From Dehalococcoidia bacterium (GTDB lineage: Bacteria; Chloroflexota; Dehalococcoidia; Lucifugimonadales; UBA1127): a stretch of DNA of 64,000 nt. The notes under the pieces are model-generated. The model did not search any database. It was given only the letters and a program-made list of their open reading frames with translations, and was not told where the DNA came from. A program made the translations under genes and the position numbers. The stretch is taken from assembly GCA_965116355.1 (NCBI GenBank), contig OZ220679.1, forward strand, positions 1,204,752 through 1,268,751. Direction: 5' to 3'. Positions 17,924-26,808 of this stretch are shown here, one piece after another. Numbering within the stretch: position 1 is the stretch's first letter; each line of letters starts with the position of its first letter.

Positions 17924-19927
17924 CTACGCCCCCGCGCCCGCCTTGTGCTGCTCGACGACCTTCTGCGTGAGGTTGCCCGGCAGCGGCTCGTAGTGGTCCA
18001 CCTCCATGGTGAAGGTGGCGCGGCCCTGCGTCAGCGAGCGCAGATCGAGGGCGTAGCGCTGCACCTCCGGTAGGGGCACGTTGGCCTCCACCACCGTCCG
18101 CCCGTCGTCCTGCGGGATCATGCCGAGGATCCGCCCGCGCTTGCTGTTCAGGTCGCCGATGAGCTCGCCGGTGTAGGCGTCCGGTGTGTTGACCCGCAGC
18201 AGCATGATGGGCTCCAGCAGTACCGGCGACCCCTCCGCGAAGGCCTTCTTCATCGCGAAGTAGCCGCAGGTCTCGAAGTCCATGCTGGCCGAGTCGACGG
18301 GGTGGTAGCTGCCGTCGTAGAGCACCGCCTTGGTGTCGACGACGGGGAAGCCCGCCACGATGCCTTCGGCCCACGCCCGGCGCACGCCCTTCTCGACGGC
18401 GGGAATGAACTCCTTGGGCACGGAACCGCCAACCACCTCGGTGGCGAACTCGCCCTCGGGCGAGCCGTCGGTGGGCTCCACGCGCAGCAGGATGTGGGCG
18501 AAGTGGCCGTGGCCGCCCGACTGCTGCTTGTGCCGGTGCTCCACCTTCGTAGTCCCGCCGATGGTCTCGCGGTAGGGGACCTTGGGCGTCTGCAGCAGCA
18601 GGTTGACGCCGAACTTGCGCTGCGCCCGCTGCACCATCACGTCCAGGTGCGCGTCGCCCATGCCGGACAGGAGCGATTCGCTCGTGCTCTGGTCGCGGAC
18701 GAAGTGCAGGCTCGGGTCCTCCTCGGCGAGACGGGCCAGAGCGGAGCCCATCTTGTCGGTGTCGCCCTTGGTCTTGGGGTAGACGGCCATGGTGTAGATG
18801 GGGGCGGGGAACTCAATGCCGACGATCTGCGCGGCCGCGTCCCTCGTCGAGAGCGTGTCGCCCGTCGTGGTCTCCGCCAGGCGGCCCACGGCGCCGATCT
18901 CGCCGGCGACGAGCGACGCCACCTGCTCCTGGTTCTTGCCCATGGGGACGAAGAGCTGGCCCAGCCGCTCGGAGCGCTCCTTGGCGGCGTTGTAGACCTC
19001 CGTGTTGCTGTTGAGCGTGCCGCTGTAGACCTTCAGGTACGTCAGCTTGCCCACGTACGGGTCCGCCGACGTCTTGAACGCCAGCGCCGCCAGCGGGCCG
19101 TCGGCCTCGACGGGGTTCTGCGACTCCAGCGGCGACGGCGCAAGCGCGACGATGGCGTCCAGCGCCTCGGCCGCGCCGACGTTCTGCGTAGCCGAGGCTG
19201 CCAGCACGGGCACGGCCGAGCCGTTGACGACGGCGCGGCGCAGGGGCTCCAGCATCTCCTCGTCCGTGAGCGTCCCCTCCTCCAGCCACTTGGTCGCCAG
19301 GTCGTCGTCCGTTTCCGCGATGGACTCGATGAGGGCCTCGCGGGCCTGCTCGTAGGCGTCTTGGGCCTCGGCGGGGACCTCGGCGGGCGCGGGGAGGATG
19401 TTGACGACGCTCTTGAAGTCGTGGTCCTGCCCCACCGGCGTCTGCAGCGCAAAGCACTCGCGCCCCAGCGTGTTGCGGAGCTCCTCGACCGTCGCCATGA
19501 AGTCCGTGTTCTCCCGGTCCAGCTTGTTGACGACGATGATGCACGGAAGGCCCTGGCGGCGCAGCGCGCTCCACATCTGCTCGGTGCCCACCTCGACGCC
19601 GGCGCCCGCCGCCACGACGAGCACGGCGGCGTCGGCCACGCGCATCGAGGAGAGGGCGTCGCCGATGAAATCGAAGTAGCCCGGGCTGTCCAGCAGGGTG
19701 ACCTTGTGGCCGTTCCAGGAGCAGGGGAGGATGGACAGCTGGGTGCTGCTGGTGCGCTTGACGGCCTCCGGCTCGTAGTCGCCGGTGGTGGTGCCGTCCT
19801 CCGTCTTGCCCATGCGGGTGATGGAGCCGGAGGTGAAGAGCATCGCCTCGGCCAGGGATGTCTTGCCGGCGCCGCTGTGCGACAGCATGACGACGTTGCG
19901 CAGCTTGTCAGTGCTGAAAGGGCCCAT
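17924..19927 (-). CDS. fusA: Elongation factor G (EF-G2-like paralogue)
   Basis: HSGAGKTS, DSPG, NKLD, KQQSGGHGHFA, DGSYHPVDS. Confidence 0.9.
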   Translation of the reverse strand: MGPFSTDKLRNVVMLSHSGAGKTSLAEAMLFTSGSITRMGKTEDGTTTGDYEPEAVKRTSSTQLSILPCSWNGHKVTLLDSPGYFDFIGDALSSMRVADAAVLVVAAGAGVEVGTEQMWSALRRQGLPCIIVVNKLDRENTDFMATVEELRNTLGRECFALQTPVGQDHDFKSVVNILPAPAEVPAEAQDAYEQAREALIESIAETDDDLATKWLEEGTLTDEEMLEPLRRAVVNGSAVPVLAASATQNVGAAEALDAIVALAPSPLESQNPVEADGPLAALAFKTSADPYVGKLTYLKVYSGTLNSNTEVYNAAKERSERLGQLFVPMGKNQEQVASLVAGEIGAVGRLAETTTGDTLSTRDAAAQIVGIEFPAPIYTMAVYPKTKGDTDKMGSALARLAEEDPSLHFVRDQSTSESLLSGMGDAHLDVMVQRAQRKFGVNLLLQTPKVPYRETIGGTTKVEHRHKQQSGGHGHFAHILLRVEPTDGSPEGEFATEVVGGSVPKEFIPAVEKGVRRAWAEGIVAGFPVVDTKAVLYDGSYHPVDSASMDFETCGYFAMKKAFAEGSPVLLEPIMLLRVNTPDAYTGELIGDLNSKRGRILGMIPQDDGRTVVEANVPLPEVQRYALDLRSLTQGRATFTMEVDHYEPLPGNLTQKVVEQHKAGAGA

Positions 19928-20097
19928 GGGTACATGCCTCCTGAGACGGGAATTGCTTGATTCTAGCTAACGCCCATACCTCGCGCAACTCCCCGCACTC
20001 GGCGCGGCGAGCGGGCATGACACGCGCGCCTTGCGCGCAGCCGCCGCCTCCCGCGACGCTGGCCCTGCTCGAAATATCATTCCAGTAAGGAGGAAGC

Positions 20098-20574
20098 ATG
20101 GATCCGGAAGAAGAGACACAGAGCGAGGCAACAGGCGTGACCGAGGACGTCGAGACGGAGGAGCCGGAGAGCATCGAAACGACCACGGCGGTTGACAGCG
20201 AGGGGCCGCCGCTCGAAGGGCGCGTGGCGGCGCTGGAGCTTCGGGCCGAGGAGGCGCAGGCCGAGGCCGCCGCCCGCGGCGAGGAGGCGTCGGCGTTGCG
20301 CGCGGAGTTGGCGGAGGTCCTTCAGCGCTACCGTGGCCTGCTGCTGGCCAGGGACCCGGACGTGCCGGAAGAACTCGTGCGCGGCGAGACCGTCGCGGAG
20401 CTCGAGGCCTCCTTCGAGCGGGCCGCGGGGCTCGTGGACCGGCTGCGCCGCCGTGCGGTGGAGCAATCGGCCCGGGAGCGAGTGCCTGCCGGGGCCCCTG
20501 CAAGGCGTGCGCCTGACTCGGCGGGACTTACGCCACAGCAGAAGATCCTGCTGGGTCTCCAGGGGCCGAATTGA
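20098..20574 (+). CDS. Coiled-coil protein resembling a phage capsid scaffolding protein
   Basis: Acidic N-terminus, long coiled coil, VPEELVRGET, C-terminal VPAGAPAR...LTPQQKILLGL helix; strong AGGAGG RBS. Confidence 0.6.
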   Translation: MDPEEETQSEATGVTEDVETEEPESIETTTAVDSEGPPLEGRVAALELRAEEAQAEAAARGEEASALRAELAEVLQRYRGLLLARDPDVPEELVRGETVAELEASFERAAGLVDRLRRRAVEQSARERVPAGAPARRAPDSAGLTPQQKILLGLQGPN

Positions 20575-20632
20575 GCGCGGGAGATTCAACGGCGGCGCCG
20601 TATACTCTCGGCCAATAGGCGCCTATAGCACA

Positions 20633-20667
20633 CAGAAAGCCCCGGTTGTCAGTGCCGGGGCTTTCTG
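20633..20667. terminator. Intrinsic terminator-like hairpin
   Basis: Perfect 13-bp stem CAGAAAGCCCCGG / CCGGGGCTTTCTG, 9-nt loop. Confidence 0.7.
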
Positions 20668-20884
20668 GCATTCTTGTGTACAGGTATTCACGCACAAGAC
20701 ACCGCCACAATTGAGGCGGTGAAAAATTCGACTAGAAACCGTTCTCTCTCATTCAGAAAAGTATCGACTTTGCTCGCTTTATGGTGTATCCTTCGGCCTC
20801 AAATATATTCCAACTGTTGCATCCGGCAAACGAAATCTAGGCGGTGATTGGCGCGGGGATCAGAGGGGAATAGGAGGACGTAAA

Positions 20885-21229
20885 ATGCTCTTTGTCAACT
20901 TGATGACGCTCAAGCCGCATCTGACACGGCAGCAAATCGACCAGGCATCGCAGCGACGGGCCCGATGGCGCGTGCCCAACGGCTTGAGCCTTGTCGCAGA
21001 GTACTGGGTCCAGGGATCGCCTCAGGTGATCAGCATCGTCCAGGCCGAAAACGTCGGGCCCGTCCTGGCTGCCAACTACCCATGGACCGACGTCTTTGAC
21101 ATTGAGACGCACCCGGCCATGTCCGTGGAGGACGGCCTGCGGGCGCTGCAGGTCGCGGGGATCATCAAGCGCAGGGGCCGCCGGCCCAAGGCGCTGATCG
21201 AGGCCATGCGCGCCGCCTCCGAGACATAG
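20885..21229 (+). CDS. DUF3303/GYD-like small protein with basic C-terminal KRRGRRPK
   Basis: AGGAGG RBS; VAEYW...IVQAEN...W.DVFDIETHPA; candidate promoter TCGACT-17-TATCCT at 20764-20792. Confidence 0.65.
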   Translation: MLFVNLMTLKPHLTRQQIDQASQRRARWRVPNGLSLVAEYWVQGSPQVISIVQAENVGPVLAANYPWTDVFDIETHPAMSVEDGLRALQVAGIIKRRGRRPKALIEAMRAASET

Positions 21230-21301
21230 TCGCCGCGGAAAACTTCTCATACAGGCATCGAGGAGGCTCGCGGCAGACTGGCCCGAGCCTCCGAGACGCG
21301 C

Positions 21302-22633
21302 CTACCCCATCCCCGGCTGGCCCGGGTACCGTTCTCCCTCTTCTCGCACCCGCGAGAGCTCGCCCTCGGGGTCCGCGATGCCCACGTTGGCCATCGCCCG
21401 GCGGCGGCTCTGCAGACCCGCGTTGACCAGCCTCTCCTCCTGCTGCACCAGCCGGTCGCGGTCCTGCGGCAGCGCCGTGCCCCACGTCGTCCGAAGCCGC
21501 ACCGGCCAGCACTCCTCGCCCGTCTGCTGCTGGTGGATGCGCAGCGCGAGCTCGGCGCGATGCCGGTAGACGCTGTTGCGCTGCAGCCGCTTGCGGGCCA
21601 CGCGCTGCACCATCGGGTACAGCTCCATCTCGAGCGCGACGCCGGACAGGTTGCGGCCGCTGTCGCCGAAGGCCGTGCGCGGCGTCTCCGACAGGTCGTG
21701 CAGCACGCGGTAGAGGAGCTCGATGTACTCGGTGTGCAGCCGGACGCCGCCTCCCTGCAGCAGGTCCAGCAGGTAGGCGCGGGCGCGCTCCGGCACCTCC
21801 CACACCGCGCCCGGCTGCACGGCGATGTCCTGTGCCTCCTCCACGCCCTCCAGCACCGCGATCGGGTTTCCCGACAGCTCCAGGATCGTCGAGAGCTGCG
21901 AGAAGGCGCGGTTGATCTCCCGCTGCGGCTCCATCAGGGCGGTGATGTCCGCGCTGCCCCAGAACTGCTTGGGCTCCCGGAGGTTGGGGAAGACGATGAA
22001 GGGGATGAAGCCGTAGGGGTTGGGCCGCTCCTCCATCAGGTCGTTGCCCACCCACAGGCTGAAGCTCTCGGCCGTCCACGCTTCCGCCACGACGGCCTCG
22101 GCGCCCGAGGGCGTCACGCCGTAGAGCAGCCCGGCCTCCTCGGCCGTGAGCCAGTAGCGGCTCGCGACCCGCCACACCCGCGAGACGTCGTCGCCCACCC
22201 ACCACGCGAAGATGCCCTGCACGTCCGGCGAGGTGATGCGCACGCCCGGCCCTGAGCCGCCGGCCGCGGCCGGCTCCCACGTGACCTTGTAGCACCCGTC
22301 GCCGAGAACGGTGGCGTCGAGCTCCGTCTCGAAGTCCAGCTCCTGCAGGTCGTTGGCCTCGGCGACGGCGAGCAGGACGCGGCGGGCCGTCGCGGCGCGG
22401 GCCTCGGCTTCCGGGGAGCCGTCCGCCGGCTCAACGGCGACGTGCAGGCCGGCGAGGAGTGCGGCCGTCACCTTGTGCGCGAAGGTGCGGACGTAGTTGA
22501 AGGTGAGCCGCCGCTCCCTGCGCCGGGGCGCGCCCGGCCAGTGGGCGCCGCCGTAGAAGGCGAGGTTGTCGCGGTACGCCCGCATGCGGGCCGCGTCGAG
22601 CTGTTCCAGTTGCTGCGGCAAGGAAAGCGCCAT
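21302..22633 (-). CDS. Phage portal protein (SPP1 gp6-like)
   Basis: RLTFNY, DATVLGDG, PNPYGFIPFIVFPN...WGSADI, NLSGVAL, LQSRRRAM...GIADPEGEL; GGAGGT RBS. Confidence 0.82.
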   Translation of the reverse strand: MALSLPQQLEQLDAARMRAYRDNLAFYGGAHWPGAPRRRERRLTFNYVRTFAHKVTAALLAGLHVAVEPADGSPEAEARAATARRVLLAVAEANDLQELDFETELDATVLGDGCYKVTWEPAAAGGSGPGVRITSPDVQGIFAWWVGDDVSRVWRVASRYWLTAEEAGLLYGVTPSGAEAVVAEAWTAESFSLWVGNDLMEERPNPYGFIPFIVFPNLREPKQFWGSADITALMEPQREINRAFSQLSTILELSGNPIAVLEGVEEAQDIAVQPGAVWEVPERARAYLLDLLQGGGVRLHTEYIELLYRVLHDLSETPRTAFGDSGRNLSGVALEMELYPMVQRVARKRLQRNSVYRHRAELALRIHQQQTGEECWPVRLRTTWGTALPQDRDRLVQQEERLVNAGLQSRRRAMANVGIADPEGELSRVREEGERYPGQPGMG

Positions 22634-22907
22634 CGCTGTCGACCTCCGTAAGTCAGGTATGGTCTCGGATGACGGCCAGTGTCCGCGGTGCATTGCGGCT
22701 CGCACAATGAGGGCGTGTCAGGGCTGTGGCTGAGGTGGCCGCTCGGTGGCCGCTCGTCTCTCCGGAAACATGCGGTTTGCACAAGCCGAAAGTGTGCCCC
22801 ATAATGGTTTCGCCATGTGTACCCACTGAGCATTCGTGCGCACCGCAGGCCCCGGTTCCACCGCGGCATTCCATCAGCCCATGATGCGCCCCACCAACAG
22901 AAGGAGT

Positions 22908-23543
22908 ATGCCTGTGTCCAAGAATGGATTCACGGTATGGATGACGGGGCTTCCCAGCTCCGGCAAGAGCACCCTGGCGGGCCGGCTGGCCGCCGAGCTG
23001 CAGGGCCGCGGCCTGCCCGTGGTGAACCTGGACGGCGACGAGGTCCGCATGCGGCTCTCCAAGGGCCTGGGTTTCTCCAAGGAGGACCGCGACGAGAACA
23101 TCCGCCGCATCTCCTACGTGGCGCGCGTAGCGTCCGAAATGGGCGGCGTCGCGATTACGAGCGCGATCTCGCCCTACCGGGAGATCCGCGACGAGGCGCG
23201 GGCGGAGATCGCGCAGTTCGTGGAGGTCTTCGTCTCGTGTCCGGTGGAGGTCTGTATCCAGCGCGACGTGAAGGGGCTGTACAAGAAGGCCCTCGCGGGT
23301 GAGATCAAGGGCTTCACCGGCATCGACGACCCGTACGAGGAGCCGCTCAACCCCGAGCTCGTCGTGCACACCGACAAGGAGTCCGAGCAGGAGAGCATCG
23401 GCAACATCCTCGGCACGCTGGACCGCCTCGGACTGCTCCCTCAGAACGAAGCCAACAGCCGCGCCGCCGGCGCCTCCGCCGTCTCGGACGACGAGCGGGA
23501 ACGGGCGCTGACAAAGCTCCGCGGACTCGGATATTTGGAGTAG
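22908..23543 (+). CDS. cysC: Adenylyl-sulfate kinase
   Basis: WMTGLPSSGKST, LDGDEVR, RDVKGLY, FTGIDDPYEEP. Confidence 0.95.
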   Translation: MPVSKNGFTVWMTGLPSSGKSTLAGRLAAELQGRGLPVVNLDGDEVRMRLSKGLGFSKEDRDENIRRISYVARVASEMGGVAITSAISPYREIRDEARAEIAQFVEVFVSCPVEVCIQRDVKGLYKKALAGEIKGFTGIDDPYEEPLNPELVVHTDKESEQESIGNILGTLDRLGLLPQNEANSRAAGASAVSDDERERALTKLRGLGYLE

Positions 23544-23546
23544 GAC

Positions 23547-24692
23547 ATGCTGCCCGCACCGCATGGAGGAAAGCTCGTCCGCCGCGTCCTGACCGGAGAC
23601 GCGCAGGCGAAGGCCATCGAAGAAGCTGCGTCAATGGAGACGGTCGCCGTCTCGGCGGACGTGGTCTCGGACATCGTCAACATCGCGACCGGCGCGTACA
23701 GCCCCCTGGAGGGCTTCCTCGACAGCCGCGACCTTGAGAGCGTGCTGTCGTCCGACCACCTGACCGGCGGCGCGCCGTGGACCATCCCCATCGTGCTGGA
23801 CGTCGAGCCTGAGCAGGCGAAGTCGCTGCCGGACCGCGTCGCCCTCGCCGCGCCGAACGGCGAGACGGTGGCGACCATGCACGTCACAGACCGCTACGGG
23901 TACGACAAGGAGCGCTACGCCCAGCACGTCTTCGGCACGACCGACGCGGACCACCCGGGCGTCGCGGGCCTGCTGGAGCGGCACGACACGCTGCTGGGCG
24001 GCGTCCTCGACCTCATCGCGGAACCGGCGGCGGCCTTCCCGTCGTATACGCTCGACCCCATCGAGACGCGGGTGCTGTTCGAGGCGAAGGGCTGGCGGAC
24101 GGTCGTCGGCTTCCAGACGCGCAACGTGCCGCACCTGGGCCACGAGTACGTGCAGAAGTCCGCGCTCTCCTTCGTCGACGGCCTGTTCATCAACCCGGTC
24201 ATCGGCCGCAAGAAGTCCGGCGATTTCACGGACGACGCCATCCTGACGACGTACGAGGCCCTCATGGCCAACTACTACCGGCCGGAGCGCGCCGTCATGG
24301 CCGTGCTGCGGACGGAGATGCGGTACGCGGGGCCCAAGGAGGCTATCTTCCACGCCATCGTGCGGAAGAACTTCGGGTGCACGCACTTCATCGTCGGGCG
24401 CGACCACGCGGGCGTCGGGAGCTACTACACGCCCTACGCGGCGCAGGACATCTTCGAGGACTTCCAGGAGCTGGGCATCACGCCGATGTTCTTCACGTCG
24501 TTCTTCATGTGCCACAAGTGCGGCAGCGTGGTGAATGAGAAGACATGCCCGCACGGCCCCGAGCACCAGGAACAGTTCAGCGGGACGCTGCTGCGGAACC
24601 TCATGACCAGCGGCACGGTGCCGGAGGGCGGCCTCATCCGCCCGGAGGTCGCCCGCGTGCTCATCGACCATCCGGACCCGCTGGTGGCGTAG
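23547..24692 (+). CDS. sat: Sulfate adenylyltransferase
   Basis: FQTRNVPHLGHE, MRYAGPKEA, HFIVGRDHAGVG. Confidence 0.95.
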   Translation: MLPAPHGGKLVRRVLTGDAQAKAIEEAASMETVAVSADVVSDIVNIATGAYSPLEGFLDSRDLESVLSSDHLTGGAPWTIPIVLDVEPEQAKSLPDRVALAAPNGETVATMHVTDRYGYDKERYAQHVFGTTDADHPGVAGLLERHDTLLGGVLDLIAEPAAAFPSYTLDPIETRVLFEAKGWRTVVGFQTRNVPHLGHEYVQKSALSFVDGLFINPVIGRKKSGDFTDDAILTTYEALMANYYRPERAVMAVLRTEMRYAGPKEAIFHAIVRKNFGCTHFIVGRDHAGVGSYYTPYAAQDIFEDFQELGITPMFFTSFFMCHKCGSVVNEKTCPHGPEHQEQFSGTLLRNLMTSGTVPEGGLIRPEVARVLIDHPDPLVA

Positions 24693-24701
24693 GGGGGCGG
24701 G

Positions 24702-24911
24702 CTAGGCGGTGGCTTCCACAAGCTCGTAGGACTGGGGCTCCGGGACGGGCAGTCCCTCTTCCCGCAGCGCCTCAATGTAGAGTTCGATGGCCTCCAAGAT
24801 CAGGGCATATACCTCATCCCGTGTGTCTCCTACCGCTACGCAACCCGGCAAATCAAGGACCTGAGCGCCGTAGCTGGTGGGGCCCTTTTCGATGATCACG
24901 GAGTAACCCAT
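24702..24911 (-). CDS. HicB antitoxin
   Basis: YSVIIEKGPTSYGAQVLDLPGCVAVGDT. Confidence 0.85.
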   Translation of the reverse strand: MGYSVIIEKGPTSYGAQVLDLPGCVAVGDTRDEVYALILEAIELYIEALREEGLPVPEPQSYELVEATA

Positions 24912-24922
24912 TGAACCTCTCC

Positions 24923-25111
24923 CTACTCCAGACCTGCCTGCTTGAGAATCGCGCTCCAAATCCCCGTCGGGACGTCCTTGCCGGGGCGCCCTGCTATGAC
25001 GACTATCCCCGTCTTGGTCGAGTGTTTGAAGACGCGGTGACTGCCTCTGGTTCGTGCGAGCCTCCAACCGTCCTGCTCAACCAAGCGTATCGCATCTCGC
25101 ACCTTCGGCAT
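24923..25111 (-). CDS. HicA toxin
   Basis: KVRDAIRLVEQDGW...RGSHRVFKH...SAILKQAGL. Confidence 0.85.
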   Translation of the reverse strand: MPKVRDAIRLVEQDGWRLARTRGSHRVFKHSTKTGIVVIAGRPGKDVPTGIWSAILKQAGLE

Positions 25112-25243
25112 AGCGGAATTGAATTATACCACGCTGATTCCCCCTCTCACGATTGAAGAGATCGCCTTTCCGGTCAGTCTCCATCCCCGCCCCGCGCCCT
25201 ATGCTATCCTGAATGCACTCAGCTTCCAGGGGCGACCGCAGCC

Positions 25244-25801
25244 GTGCAGCAACCCGTCTCACAACGGCCTTTCATTCTGACCGACACCATGGCGCTACTC
25301 GCCTTCGCGCTGGCGCTGGCCGCCGACCAGCTGACCAAGGCGCTGGTGCGCGAGGGGCTCCGCATCGGCGAGTCCATCCCCGCCGAGGGGTTCCTGCGGC
25401 TGACGCACGTCACCAACAGCGGGGCCATCTTCGGGCTGTTCCCCAACCAGGCCGTCGTCATGACCGTGGCGTCGCTGGTGGGCATCGCCGTGCTGGTGTA
25501 CTTCTACCACGCCCATGCCGGCCGGGACTGGCGCGTGCGGGTGAGCATGGGGCTGCTGCTGGGCGGCGCCGTCGGCAACCTCATCGACCGCTTCGTGCTG
25601 GGGCACGTGACCGACTTCCTCGACGTGGGGCCGTGGCCCGTCTTCAACCTCGCCGACTCCTCCATCGTCACGGGCGTGATCATGCTGGCCGTCGTCTACC
25701 TCTTCCCGAACTTCCTCGCCGGCCGCCCAGCGCCGGAGCCCGAGCCAGCGCCGGCCGATGCCGCATCCCCGGACGGAGGGCCGTCCGCCGATGACGACTG
25801 A
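25244..25801 (+). CDS. lspA: Lipoprotein signal peptidase
   Basis: DQLTK, NSGAIFG, GAVGNLIDR, VTDF, FNLADS. Confidence 0.93.
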   Translation: MQQPVSQRPFILTDTMALLAFALALAADQLTKALVREGLRIGESIPAEGFLRLTHVTNSGAIFGLFPNQAVVMTVASLVGIAVLVYFYHAHAGRDWRVRVSMGLLLGGAVGNLIDRFVLGHVTDFLDVGPWPVFNLADSSIVTGVIMLAVVYLFPNFLAGRPAPEPEPAPADAASPDGGPSADDD

Positions 25802-26756
25802 GTCGCGCAGTTTCACCGCTTCCGACGCTGGCGTCCGCCTCGACCGCTTCCTCGCCGAGCAGTGCCCCGACCTCACCCGTTCGCGGCTGGCGCGGCTGGT
25901 GCAGCAGGGCATGGTGGCCGTCAACGGCGCGCCCTCGAGGCCGTCGCAGGCCGTGCGGCCCGGCGACGTCGTCGAGCTGACCATCCCGCCGCCTGCGCCC
26001 CTGGACCTCGCGCCGGAGGACATCCCGGTGCCCATCGTCTACGAGGACGAAGACCTGCTCGTCGTCGACAAACCCGCGGGGCTGACCGTCCACCCGGCGC
26101 CCGGGCACCCGTCGCACACGCTGGTGAACGCGCTGCTGGCCCTGCGCCCGAACCTCTCGGGCATCGGCGGCGCGCAGCGGCCGGGCATCGTGCACCGGCT
26201 GGACAAGGACACGTCCGGGCTGATGATCGTCGCCAAGCACGACGCCGCCCACCACTCGCTGGCCGGGCAGCTGCAGGCGCGGCGGGTGCACAAGCGCTAC
26301 CTCGCGCTGGCGTGGGGCTGCCCGCGTCCCGAGTCCGGGACGGTCGACGCGCCCATCGCCCGCCACCCCGCTGACCGAAAGCGCATGGCCGTCGTCGAGG
26401 GCGGGCGAGCGTCGGTCACGCACTACGCCGTGCTGGAGCGCTTCCCGGACGCGTCGCTCGTGGAGGCGAGGCCCGTCACCGGGCGCACGCACCAGATCCG
26501 CGTCCACATGGCGCACCTCGGCTGCCCCTTGGTGGGCGACGCGCTCTACGGCAAGGGGCGTCCTGCGCCCGTTCACCCTGAGGGAAATCGAAGGGTGCGG
26601 CACTTCCTGCACGCGGCGGCACTGGCCTTCCGGCAGCCGACGACGGGCGAGACCGTCGAGGTGTCGTCGCCGCTGCCGCCGGACCTCGAGGCCGTACTGG
26701 ACTTGTTCCGGGACAGCCCCAAATCCGCCGGCGCACCCCTAGCGCGTCGCGCGTAG
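25791..26756 (+). CDS. rluD: RluA/RluD-family pseudouridine synthase
   Basis: S4 domain RLDRFL, HRLDKDTSG, TGRTHQIRVH, FLHA. Confidence 0.92.
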   Translation: MTTESRSFTASDAGVRLDRFLAEQCPDLTRSRLARLVQQGMVAVNGAPSRPSQAVRPGDVVELTIPPPAPLDLAPEDIPVPIVYEDEDLLVVDKPAGLTVHPAPGHPSHTLVNALLALRPNLSGIGGAQRPGIVHRLDKDTSGLMIVAKHDAAHHSLAGQLQARRVHKRYLALAWGCPRPESGTVDAPIARHPADRKRMAVVEGGRASVTHYAVLERFPDASLVEARPVTGRTHQIRVHMAHLGCPLVGDALYGKGRPAPVHPEGNRRVRHFLHAAALAFRQPTTGETVEVSSPLPPDLEAVLDLFRDSPKSAGAPLARRA

Positions 26757-26808
26757 TCGCGTAGAATGGTTGCCTGACGCCCCGCACTCCACCCGCATTG
26801 AGGCGCGC

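Noticed and set aside
20734-20745. LexA (GAAC-N4-GTTC) box
   Set aside because: AGAAACCGTTCT does not fit the consensus spacing.
20098-22633. Intact prophage
   Set aside because: No integrase, terminase, capsid, tail or lysis genes; host-like composition; convergent gene orientation.
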